Shown one piece after another: positions 10,172-18,961 of a DNA stretch of 64,000 nucleotides (position 1 is its first letter; each line of letters begins with the position of its first letter). A program made the translations under genes and the position numbers. Source of the stretch: Bacteroidota bacterium (GTDB taxonomy: Bacteria > Bacteroidota > Bacteroidia > Bacteroidales > JAGONC01); the NCBI GenBank assembly GCA_022711405.1, contig JAKLFC010000002.1, positions 245,772-309,771 on the forward strand, read 5' to 3'. Under the pieces are notes generated by a model. That model worked only from the letters and a program-made list of their open reading frames with translations, was not told the origin of the DNA and searched no databases.

Positions 10172-11608
10172 ATGAAAATCAACGTCTTCTTTTTATTCCT
10201 ATTCATTGCCTCTGCTGCATTCTCACAGACGTTTGTGACCACCATCCGCACTGAACTCGATGAAGTTGCCGGTAAACCGCTGGAACTGGACGACGGGAGC
10301 TTCCTGGTGCCTATGGCAAGGGGAACGTACGATCCAATCCAGCCGGAATTATACGATTATCAGGAATACATTTTTAAAGTAAGTCCGGATGGAATAGTGA
10401 CTGACTCCGCCATCATCGATATTGAAAGTGCATTTACTTCCGGAAGTTTGAAACTGTTGCATTATAATGACCAGGTTTTCTTCTGGTCCACCATTCGGGA
10501 TACCACTGAGTCAGGCCGGCCGGGGGGACTGCGGTATGGTCTTTTATCAGATGATCTTGAAGTGACGCAAGAAACGATCCTGTTCAGTGCTGACACCGGC
10601 AGGACATTTCATGATTGTATGGTCAACATCTTCAATAATCTTGTGTTCGTTGGGATCGAAGTTGACTGGAGCACTCAGAACCAAACTAATATTATCTGGG
10701 AAATCAATCCCTCAGAAGGAATCATCCGGCAGGGAGGCCTGGATGACGACATGGTTTATTTCAGGGAGATCATTGATTTGCATGCCGTTCAAAAATACCA
10801 TATCTGCGGAATAGCCCGCAACTGCCAGTTCAATTATAACCTGGATTTTGAAGGGATGATTTTTATTCAACCAATGGAAGATACCATTTTTGAATACCAT
10901 GCTTCACAGTTGCTGACCGACAGCACCTATGCCCGGTGTGCCATTGGTTTTGAATTCCCTCCCAGCGATTTTCAGGATTTCGGGATCGGCATTTTCAACG
11001 ATTCTGGCCAGAAACAGAAAACCTATACATTAGGAGTACCGGGAACGAATGATTACGCCATCAGCCTTGACTGTAATCATCCCGATTCCCTGATCGTTGG
11101 GGGAACCCTGGGAGGACCGCTTGCCACTATGGATAAAAAGTTCGAGGTTATTAATTTCCGACCTTCCTCTGGCGAAGTAAACTGGCAATTCTATTACGGA
11201 GACAGCGGGGCTTATGAGGTTTCCTCGGTCCTTACCACCCGCGATGGTGGTTGTCTGATCGCAGGAACCTGGTGGGACGGATTGAATTATCCGTATATGG
11301 AACGGGATGTCATCCTGATCAAAGTCAACCGCCAGGGACAGCTGGTAGATATCGAAGAGAGATTCGGATCCCAGTTTGCAATGTGTCATGTGTACCCGAA
11401 TCCGGGATGGAATACACTGTATGTAACATGCGGGCTGGATGCAGGAGAATTTGAGCTGTTTGACAGTTTCGGACAAAAGGTCGTTTCGAGAACCTACATA
11501 CCGGAAATCCTTATTATTGATACTTCCGGATTACCCAAAGGTTTATTTTTTTATCGGATTATTTTTAATGATAAAAACTCCTGTAGCGGAACCTGGATCA
11601 AACAATAA
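10172..11608 (+). CDS. T9SS type A sorting domain-containing protein (unknown function)
   Basis: Signal peptide MKINVFFLFLFIASAAFSQ. C-terminus VYPNPGWNTLYV...FELFDSFGQKV...GLPKGLFFYRI matches the Por secretion tail pattern. Confidence 0.65.
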   Translation: MKINVFFLFLFIASAAFSQTFVTTIRTELDEVAGKPLELDDGSFLVPMARGTYDPIQPELYDYQEYIFKVSPDGIVTDSAIIDIESAFTSGSLKLLHYNDQVFFWSTIRDTTESGRPGGLRYGLLSDDLEVTQETILFSADTGRTFHDCMVNIFNNLVFVGIEVDWSTQNQTNIIWEINPSEGIIRQGGLDDDMVYFREIIDLHAVQKYHICGIARNCQFNYNLDFEGMIFIQPMEDTIFEYHASQLLTDSTYARCAIGFEFPPSDFQDFGIGIFNDSGQKQKTYTLGVPGTNDYAISLDCNHPDSLIVGGTLGGPLATMDKKFEVINFRPSSGEVNWQFYYGDSGAYEVSSVLTTRDGGCLIAGTWWDGLNYPYMERDVILIKVNRQGQLVDIEERFGSQFAMCHVYPNPGWNTLYVTCGLDAGEFELFDSFGQKVVSRTYIPEILIIDTSGLPKGLFFYRIIFNDKNSCSGTWIKQ

Positions 11609-11630
11609 AAACGATTCTAATTTATATACC

Positions 11631-11643
11631 ACCCCTTCGGGGT
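11631..11643 (+). terminator. CCCC-TTCG-GGGG tetraloop hairpin after the T9SS gene
   Basis: accccttcggggt lies 23 nt after the stop at 11608 and is followed by tcgaaattt. Confidence 0.4.
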
Positions 11644-11681
11644 TCGAAATTTCCCGGATCCGCAATTGCTAACGATATGGC

Positions 11682-11694
11682 GCCCCTTCGGGGC
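11682..11694. repeat. Second CCCC-TTCG-GGGG hairpin
   Basis: gccccttcggggc has the same architecture as 11631-11643, about 50 nt downstream. Confidence 0.4.
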
Positions 11695-11758
11695 AGGGGG
11701 AAGATATCCGATTAAATGATTAACGGATATTTGATATTTGATATTTGATTTCCTTAAC

Positions 11759-11823
11759 CTCACCCCCTGGCCCCCTCTCCAAATGGAGAGGGGGAACAGG
11801 GGGCAGGGGGTTAAGGGGGTGAG
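11759..11823 (-). terminator. G/C-rich bipartite hairpin abutting the alpha-2-macroglobulin stop codon
   Basis: cctcaccccc...ccccctctcc aaat ggagaggggg...gggggtgagg. Outer and inner 10-bp stems are separated by an asymmetric internal loop (3 vs 20 nt). It ends 2 nt from the TAA at 11826-11828. Confidence 0.45.
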
Positions 11824-11825
11824 GC

Positions 11826-14800
11826 TTAATCTGATATCCTCACCCGCATCCCTTCCGAGTGCGAGGCGAACTCCGGTGCGTACATGCACTGGATCGTGGT
11901 GATGCCGTTGGAGAACTCGCCGGCTTGTGATGCCTTCAGCGGGTACTCAAACACATAGGTCCCTTTGGGCAGGTAACCGATAAAGAAATTGGTGGAGGCG
12001 TCGCGTGTGCTCTCATAATAGCCAAGCCCGCCCTGGTAACGGTATCCTGAAAGGACATTCACCGGCTCAAAGGCTGCAGCACGCATATCCTTAAGGTGCA
12101 CATACTCCATGTCGCGGTCGGCGCGTATCTCGATCCTGACCTTGATCCTGTCGCCGACTTTCACATTTGAACCATCCTCAGCAATGGGTTCCATCAGGGG
12201 TCCGGTCGGCGTATTGCGTTCGATGAATAGCTGTTTCTCAAGTTTAAGTGGTGTCTCGTGCGGGGTGATCTTATCGAGGTCCTCAAAATATTGCCAGTAG
12301 ATCCCTCCCCATGCAATGCCCTCGTCCGGCTTTGTCACAGTAATGTATCCCATCTCCGGTGCGATTTCCTTTCCGGTCCATGCAGTCTTGAAATACCCGG
12401 TGCCCGCTTCCACTTTCACGTCCTCCATCTTACGCGGATCCACTTCGGTGTTTCCCAGCTTCACCTGCACCAGCTTGTCACCGGCCAGCAGGTCGGTTCC
12501 CCTGAGCAGCAATGCATACACGGCTTCTACCGTGGCCTTTGTGGTTTTCCAGTCCTGGGTCTGCTTTTGTTTGAGCAGCCATACCTTCATCTCCTCGACA
12601 GCCTTCTGGTCATTGGCCACCTCATCAAACAATTCGATCAGCAGCGCCTGTGTCTCAATAGGAGCCTGATGCCAATAATAACCGGCATCTCCTCTCCAGT
12701 ACATTCCCATTTCTTCACTGGATAGGGCACGTTCCTTCAATGACTTAATGATATTCGCCGGGATTTCCCTATCACCGTACCGGTGGAGTGCCAGGCCGGT
12801 CATTCCCTGCATGTAGTTATTCTGTTTCACCCAGTATTTTCTTGCCTGCCCCATGAAATAATCGAATGCCTCCCTGTTCCTTGCATCCATCTCCACGGTG
12901 AAATTGAAGGTGTTGTAATAACTCCGGGCGTAGAGGTAATGGATCTGTGTATAGCCTATTTGCTGTTCGTCCATCTTATCCGGATAATGCTTGCGGATGT
13001 ATTCATAATCCTCTCGCATCCGATCGTCGAGGTACAGGATCGCCCTGCGTATCATCTGCCATACCTGGTCATTGGCGACCATATCCTGTACCTTCAGGTT
13101 ATTCAGATGACCAAAGCCGGCGACAATATGCTGGGTGATGTACCGGTTGTCCTGCATCTCTCTGAACCACGGCCATCCTCCATTGGGCAACTGCATCTCC
13201 TGAAGCTTCTTCAGGGCAGCCTGCCGTTCGGAGGCCATCCGGTTCAGGTCGAAAAGCAACGCGATGCGCTGTTTCCGCTCGGTTTCATTCTGTGCATTCA
13301 GCACCCAGGGGGTTTCTTCCAGGATCAGGGCCTTGAGCTCCTGGTTCTTTTCCAGGTTCGACAGCAATGCATCCGGCGTATAATTTTTCCATGCGTCAAA
13401 AACCCGTTTGATCCTGGGGTTGGAATTGGCAATGTGGCTGGCCAGTGTATTGGCATAATAGCGGCTGAAAAGCTGTTCGGAGCATTCGTAGGGATATTCC
13501 ATCAGGTAGGGCAGTGCCTGTACGGCATACCAGGCGGGATTAGATGTATACTCCAGCGTCAGCCGGTGATTTTTCAGGGTGGTGGAGTTACCGGATTCCA
13601 GGAGTTTCGTAAACCGGAACTGCCTGGTCTGATTCCCCTTGATGGGCAGCGGCATGGTCTCGGTCACCAGCATCCGGTTGGTGAGCACCGGCAGGGTGGC
13701 TTCCTCTCCGTCGGAAAAATTTCCCGCGGTGGCCACCACGCGATAGATGACCGCTTCCACACCTTCGTAAGGTATGGCCAGCGGCCATCCGGCCACCGTG
13801 CTTTTACCTGCATCAACGGTAAAATTCACTTCTTTGACACCACTGGGCTGTAACATTTCAACCGGTTGCATGGTGACCGCATCCAGTATTTCCAGTGTGG
13901 CTTTTCCGGTCAGCACGGTACCTGACAGATTGTTGATCCTGACACTGAATCTCATGTGGTCGCCTTCCCTGAAAAAACGCGGGGCGTTGGGGAACACCAT
14001 CAGGTCTTTCTGCGTGACCAGTTCGTTGGTTATCAGCCCGTTCTGTAGCTGCTGGCTGTGGGCAAAGCCCAGCATCTTCCAGCGGGTGAGTGCTTCCGGG
14101 ACCGTGAACCGGATGATCACTCCTCCCTCGCTATCCGTCTGCAGCGTGGGGTAAAAGAAGGCGGTTTCCCTGAAATCCCTTCGGATCTGCAGGCCTCCCG
14201 ACGGTGCCGGCCCTTCTTCAGGAACAGGAGCGGGGGGAGCCGCTCCCTCTTCACTTTCACGGACTTCCTGAGCCTGGTCAGTGACCCCTCCCACCATCAA
14301 CGCATCTTCTTCTACATTGGCACCGGCGGCCCTGGCTGCTACCCCTTTCAGCATCGGCATGTAATACCTTGACCAGGCTTCGAATCCAAACCAGTTCAGG
14401 GCATCGTATTCCCGGATGACCGGTTGTACATCCTTAAAGGGGGCGCTGGTATAGGCATCGCTGTTCCGGGCCCCAAAGGCATTGTTCATGTTCCATCCAT
14501 TTGTGGCCAGGGATGGATTGAACATGTCAAAGCTCCACGAATGTGGCACAAATGCTTCAAGGGAGGCATCGTACAGGGCTGCCACCATTTCGGCGGCCAC
14601 CTTATCGCCCTTTTTATCTTTTATCCGGATCCGCCATTCTTCTTCCTGGCCAGGTAAAAGCTTATTCCTGAACGTCTCAAAGGAGATGACCAGTTCCTTG
14701 TTGGTGTAGGGCACCGTGATCAGCTGGATATCCTGGAAACTGCGGTTGTGCCTGACATAGGCCGACAGCACCTGGAAATTACCGCGGTATTCCTCTTTGA

Positions 14801-17800
14801 TGGGTACCTCGAATGAACGCTGCTGATCATTCAGCCGGATCCACTCCCGGGAAACGGTATTGTTCTCATGGATCACCTCGCGGATCACCTGTACGTTCTT
14901 TTCGGCGGTACCCAGCAGCAGGCTGGCCTTTTCACCGGGTTCACCCGAAGTCTTCAATGCCGTGTACCAGTGCAGGTTCCTCGAAGGGACTTTCTTATCC
15001 TGTTTTGAAAAGACCGTGGTGTACTTTTTGACCTCGATCTTTTCACCAAAGGCATCCACGGTACTCAACGTGATGAGGTAGGTCCCGCTTTTCCATCCGG
15101 AAAGACCCTCCATAAGGATCAGGGAATCGGAAGGGGTCTGATGTTCCTTTTCCAGGATGGTAGTCTCTTTTTCCCATGTCTCTACATTATCCTCATCATT
15201 ATAGACATCGTACGGGAACAGATCATAGAACTCCTTTTGTGACAAGATGAATTTATCCGGACGTGGCCATTGTCTTTCCCTGAAGATCCGGCCGGGTTCC
15301 TTTAATTTATAGATGCCCACCTTCACACGTGCCGGTTCCGGCTGTCCGTTCAGATTAGTGGTCCTGAGATTGAACGATGATTTACCGGTCTTGTCGAGCT
15401 GCGCCGGAATGCCGGCATCCACCAGCATGGCATTGTATCCGACAGCCACCAGGTTGGAGGAGGACTGAGTTTCTCCATTGAGGTCAGTCACATCCGCATA
15501 GATCCTGTAATGGAATACGGGTTTGTACTTTTTAGAGAGGCTAAGATCAGGAACCGCAGTAAACGTGACGGTAAACTGACCCGTGTCGCCGGTAGTCAGA
15601 AATCCGCTAGCAATTTCCATTTCCGGGGCCGGAGGGAACCATCCCCGCCACCAGAGAGGGTACGGGAAGATGGCTGAGCGGACCACGCGGTACTTCACCT
15701 GCGCCTGATCCAGCCCAACGCCCGCATATGACTTTGCCACACCGGTCACCGACACCTGTTCATTTAACTTATACACTCCCTGCACCGGTTCAAAGACCAC
15801 CTCAAACTTCGGCCGTTTGTATTCCTCCACCTGAACCGTGACCGAACCGGATTCGTTCCGGATGGTCATCGCACCGGTGAGAACGCCCGATGGTGCTGTG
15901 AACGATCCGTTGAACGATCCGAATTCATTCGTCACCAGGCTCAGGCTGGCAATTTTCTGATGATTGACATCATAGAACGTAACCTCGGTGGATTGTTTCG
16001 CAAGGATATCATTCTCCCTGCCATCCGTTTCGATCATGATCCCCTTGAAATAGACGGTCTGACCGGGACGGTAAATGGCACGGTCGGTGAAAAAATAGGT
16101 CCGGGGCTTTTTTTCTTTTTCTACAGCTGGCCTGGAGAATAGGTAAAAATAGGTATCTGTCAGCAGGCGGTCGGCATCCTTCCGGAAGTCCAGGATCAGC
16201 GACTGGGAACGTTCACCGCGCGAAGCAGGAGGGATCTTCACCAATCCCTGTGGATCGGTGGTAAACACTTTCCACTCGTTCAACCTGTATTGTCTGGATT
16301 GATAATTATAATCCCGTGTATAGGCCGTAACCGTCACACCCTCCATAGGGGTGCCCTGATCCCTGTGGAGGACATAGATGTCGTAGCCACCCTGAGAGCC
16401 GATCCCCCGGCTGATATAGCTGATGTCGGAGATCCAGAAGGAGGTATACGCTACCGGATCCGTCCTGAAAGTGAATTCGGAGTTGGGGCTGAGCATGAGG
16501 ATGTAATATCCCAGGGGCAGCACAGGCAGGCTGATCTCGACCGAATGCGACTGAAAATCACCGTCAGATGGGAGCTTCAGGCTCCACTGGCTTACCGCGG
16601 GTTCTTTCAGGTACATCACCAGGGGAGTATCTTCGCGGCCAAGTTCCCTGACCTCCCTGTCCTTTTGGGGATCCATCCGTATGATCCGGAGGTACACCGT
16701 TTCCACATTCCTATAACTCAGCAATGCGGGAAACGGGCTGCCCTGAAAGGTAGCGTAATCCGTGGTCAGCGAAAGCTCCTTTCTGCTGATCTTTTCCAGA
16801 AGCGACTGGCAGCTTTTGGCTCCTTCTGATTCGGGGAAGTTCTTCAGCGCATCCAGGCAGAGATCATATGCTTTTTTTACAACCCATTTGAAATCATCGG
16901 ACTTAAGCGGATCATAAAGGACTCCCTGCTCATAATACGCATTGGCCAGCCAGAAGGTGATCTCTGCGGAGGAGGGAGCGTTCGCGTAATCTTCCCGCAT
17001 CTTCTGCAGCGCCTCGAGGTAGAGGGTGTCCTTGAGGTCGACGACAGCCTCCTGGCGCACGAAGTTCAGCCGTTTCAGGCTCGCATCGGCCAGGGCTTCC
17101 GGAGATTCATCCCTGAGATGAAAACGTTCAATATCCTGAAACAGGCGAAGGGCGTACCAGGTTCGCGACATTGTATCCCGGGTAGTGATATCGAGCTTTG
17201 CGAAAGCTCCGGCCGGAGCGAAATACTCTGGCGAATCGATCGAAAATTTATAGATGGGCTCGGTAATGCCGGTCTCTTCATTCAAAAAGAAATCCACCGC
17301 ACGGTGAGCCAGAAAATCATAGAGCGTCGGACGGTACTTTTTGGAATCCTTTGCTACCACCAGAATGGCATCAAACTCACTGAGGGAAACCTGCTGAAGG
17401 CTCTCTTTTTCTTCCAGTGACTTTTGATAGCAGGACATGATCTCCTTCACAAATGTCTGGAGATCCCATGTCTGCAGGTCCTCATTTTCGAAACCAGTGG
17501 TGGCTGTCCGGTCAAGGATCTGATGGCGGTTCATGGTATAATAGCGCCAGTACAGCTCAGCCTGTATCGAATAAAGGATCTGGCGGACCGGGAATTCAGC
17601 CTGAAGGATCTCCTGCCGGGTGTTCATAATGACCGTATCCATATAACCCTCCCCGAAATCAGAAAAGAGGCTCATCCTGTAAAGGAGCGACTTAACAAAC
17701 TGAGGTGAATTATGGGTGGCGAGGGATGCGGAATAAATGCCCTTTACGATCTCAAGGGCGGATTGCGGAAGCCCCTGTTCGACAAGGGAATCCACCTTCT

Positions 17801-17936
17801 TCCATTCCTTTTGGAAGTCTTCGGTCTGACCCTCCGGTGAAGGATCTTCCCTGGAAATAAAATGTATCATGGTGAATCCTGTTATTGCGAAAACTATGGT
17901 CAAAAGAATTAAAAGGACAATGGGCCGTGTTTTCAT
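11826..17936 (-). CDS. Alpha-2-macroglobulin family protein (2036 aa) with thioester motif
   Basis: Very large secreted or anchored protein. EYPYECSEQLFSRYYAN contains the CxEQ thioester signature. Repeated beta-rich MG-like segments. N-terminal hydrophobic anchor MKTRPIVLLILLTIVFAITGF. Confidence 0.85.
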   Translation of the reverse strand: MKTRPIVLLILLTIVFAITGFTMIHFISREDPSPEGQTEDFQKEWKKVDSLVEQGLPQSALEIVKGIYSASLATHNSPQFVKSLLYRMSLFSDFGEGYMDTVIMNTRQEILQAEFPVRQILYSIQAELYWRYYTMNRHQILDRTATTGFENEDLQTWDLQTFVKEIMSCYQKSLEEKESLQQVSLSEFDAILVVAKDSKKYRPTLYDFLAHRAVDFFLNEETGITEPIYKFSIDSPEYFAPAGAFAKLDITTRDTMSRTWYALRLFQDIERFHLRDESPEALADASLKRLNFVRQEAVVDLKDTLYLEALQKMREDYANAPSSAEITFWLANAYYEQGVLYDPLKSDDFKWVVKKAYDLCLDALKNFPESEGAKSCQSLLEKISRKELSLTTDYATFQGSPFPALLSYRNVETVYLRIIRMDPQKDREVRELGREDTPLVMYLKEPAVSQWSLKLPSDGDFQSHSVEISLPVLPLGYYILMLSPNSEFTFRTDPVAYTSFWISDISYISRGIGSQGGYDIYVLHRDQGTPMEGVTVTAYTRDYNYQSRQYRLNEWKVFTTDPQGLVKIPPASRGERSQSLILDFRKDADRLLTDTYFYLFSRPAVEKEKKPRTYFFTDRAIYRPGQTVYFKGIMIETDGRENDILAKQSTEVTFYDVNHQKIASLSLVTNEFGSFNGSFTAPSGVLTGAMTIRNESGSVTVQVEEYKRPKFEVVFEPVQGVYKLNEQVSVTGVAKSYAGVGLDQAQVKYRVVRSAIFPYPLWWRGWFPPAPEMEIASGFLTTGDTGQFTVTFTAVPDLSLSKKYKPVFHYRIYADVTDLNGETQSSSNLVAVGYNAMLVDAGIPAQLDKTGKSSFNLRTTNLNGQPEPARVKVGIYKLKEPGRIFRERQWPRPDKFILSQKEFYDLFPYDVYNDEDNVETWEKETTILEKEHQTPSDSLILMEGLSGWKSGTYLITLSTVDAFGEKIEVKKYTTVFSKQDKKVPSRNLHWYTALKTSGEPGEKASLLLGTAEKNVQVIREVIHENNTVSREWIRLNDQQRSFEVPIKEEYRGNFQVLSAYVRHNRSFQDIQLITVPYTNKELVISFETFRNKLLPGQEEEWRIRIKDKKGDKVAAEMVAALYDASLEAFVPHSWSFDMFNPSLATNGWNMNNAFGARNSDAYTSAPFKDVQPVIREYDALNWFGFEAWSRYYMPMLKGVAARAAGANVEEDALMVGGVTDQAQEVRESEEGAAPPAPVPEEGPAPSGGLQIRRDFRETAFFYPTLQTDSEGGVIIRFTVPEALTRWKMLGFAHSQQLQNGLITNELVTQKDLMVFPNAPRFFREGDHMRFSVRINNLSGTVLTGKATLEILDAVTMQPVEMLQPSGVKEVNFTVDAGKSTVAGWPLAIPYEGVEAVIYRVVATAGNFSDGEEATLPVLTNRMLVTETMPLPIKGNQTRQFRFTKLLESGNSTTLKNHRLTLEYTSNPAWYAVQALPYLMEYPYECSEQLFSRYYANTLASHIANSNPRIKRVFDAWKNYTPDALLSNLEKNQELKALILEETPWVLNAQNETERKQRIALLFDLNRMASERQAALKKLQEMQLPNGGWPWFREMQDNRYITQHIVAGFGHLNNLKVQDMVANDQVWQMIRRAILYLDDRMREDYEYIRKHYPDKMDEQQIGYTQIHYLYARSYYNTFNFTVEMDARNREAFDYFMGQARKYWVKQNNYMQGMTGLALHRYGDREIPANIIKSLKERALSSEEMGMYWRGDAGYYWHQAPIETQALLIELFDEVANDQKAVEEMKVWLLKQKQTQDWKTTKATVEAVYALLLRGTDLLAGDKLVQVKLGNTEVDPRKMEDVKVEAGTGYFKTAWTGKEIAPEMGYITVTKPDEGIAWGGIYWQYFEDLDKITPHETPLKLEKQLFIERNTPTGPLMEPIAEDGSNVKVGDRIKVRIEIRADRDMEYVHLKDMRAAAFEPVNVLSGYRYQGGLGYYESTRDASTNFFIGYLPKGTYVFEYPLKASQAGEFSNGITTIQCMYAPEFASHSEGMRVRISD
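13473..13484 (-). other. Thioester motif codons (Cys-Ser-Glu-Gln) of the alpha-2-macroglobulin
   Basis: Plus-strand ctgttcggagca is the reverse complement of tgc tcc gaa cag (C-S-E-Q), in frame with the 11826-17936 CDS. Confidence 0.8.
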
Positions 17937-18012
17937 ACCTGGTGTCGAATTACTGAATGTTTATGTAAAGATGATAAAATCGGTAAAATTCCATAACGGA
18001 ACGAACGAAAGG

Positions 18013-18020
18013 CAAAGATA
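18013..18020 (-). promoter_or_regulatory. Bacteroidota -7 box TAnnTTTG (tatctttg on the minus strand)
   Basis: Upstream of the alpha-2-macroglobulin ATG at 17936. Confidence 0.35.
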
Positions 18021-18040
18021 ACCAAACTTTGGAATGCTCC

Positions 18041-18844
18041 CTATTCGAGCTTTGCAGTGAGCAGGTTGGCCAGTCCCGAAAAGCTGTTCAGTTCGACCCT
18101 GACTTTTCCGACCAGCACTTTGGACTCCACCCTGACAGGTATCCGGTTTTCGTCATCGGTCATCCAGACGGTCATCGGGTAAGGTTCGCTGAACACAGGG
18201 CCCACCAGCACCATTGGTTTGAATTTCAGGCAACTGAACGATCCCAGGTGCGATTTGACGGTATCATGTCCCTGGTATACCACCTGCGAAATGTAGACTG
18301 AATCGTCCAGAAAAAAATCGAACGGGAACACATCACCCTTTTCAGCTGAGGCAAAATCGAACGTTCGTGCATAGTACACCGCAGAGATGATATCCTGTAT
18401 GTTTACAGGAACCTCACGGGTGGCATAGCGACCCAAGGCCATATGATTTCTCTGGTCAAACACCACATCATCGTCCCTCACATAGGTTCCTTCTTTGGTA
18501 CGTCTTATGAAGTACCACGGAATAAGAGCCCTTTCATCGATATAGGTCTCATAGCGGTCCTCCACTTTGTAGAACATGTTCAGAACTCCTTTGGAATAGC
18601 CTGTGCCGACCACATGATAAGTGCTGCGGGAATGGAACCGTTTGTTCTCATCGGTGATCTGCAGGATGGCAGTACCTGCGATCATTTTGGGGAGGAGCCA
18701 GGCATCCCAGTAAACATTGTATTCAAGGTACTCTCCGCGAGTAAAGGCGTTGTTTTCAACGTACCGGTAATCCTGCGGATTCGCTGTAAGCGACAAGAAA
18801 AACAAGAATAGAGGAATGATATTTTTTATGCGGGCTGGCTTCAT
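18041..18844 (-). CDS. DUF3108 domain-containing protein
   Basis: Signal-like N-terminus from the internal ATG at 18844 (MKPARIKNIIPLFLFFLSL). GEYLEYNVYW...AGTAILQI and C-terminal WMTDDENRIPVRVESKVLVGKVRVEL fit the DUF3108 pattern (from memory). Confidence 0.55.
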   Translation of the reverse strand: MKPARIKNIIPLFLFFLSLTANPQDYRYVENNAFTRGEYLEYNVYWDAWLLPKMIAGTAILQITDENKRFHSRSTYHVVGTGYSKGVLNMFYKVEDRYETYIDERALIPWYFIRRTKEGTYVRDDDVVFDQRNHMALGRYATREVPVNIQDIISAVYYARTFDFASAEKGDVFPFDFFLDDSVYISQVVYQGHDTVKSHLGSFSCLKFKPMVLVGPVFSEPYPMTVWMTDDENRIPVRVESKVLVGKVRVELNSFSGLANLLTAKLE

Positions 18845-18961
18845 CTTTTTTGAAAAATTTCCCCGCTGGTGCAACAAGTATGCCAAACGCTGTAGCAGGA
18901 TGTTCACGGATGAGTTCCGCGATAATCCTCGTAATCCGTGTCATCCGTGTTCTATAAACGA

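Noticed and set aside
11636-11650. ggggttcgaaat resembles a tRNA T-arm (GGTTCGAAT).
   Set aside because: The flanks provide no acceptor stem, D-arm or anticodon arm. The sequence is the 3' half of the accccttcggggt terminator-like hairpin.
11617-11889. 90-aa ORF spanning the G/C-rich hairpin (…PLSIWRGGQGVRLRK…).
   Set aside because: It is the translation of a palindromic repeat and overlaps the A2M 3' end. It is low-complexity with no start context.
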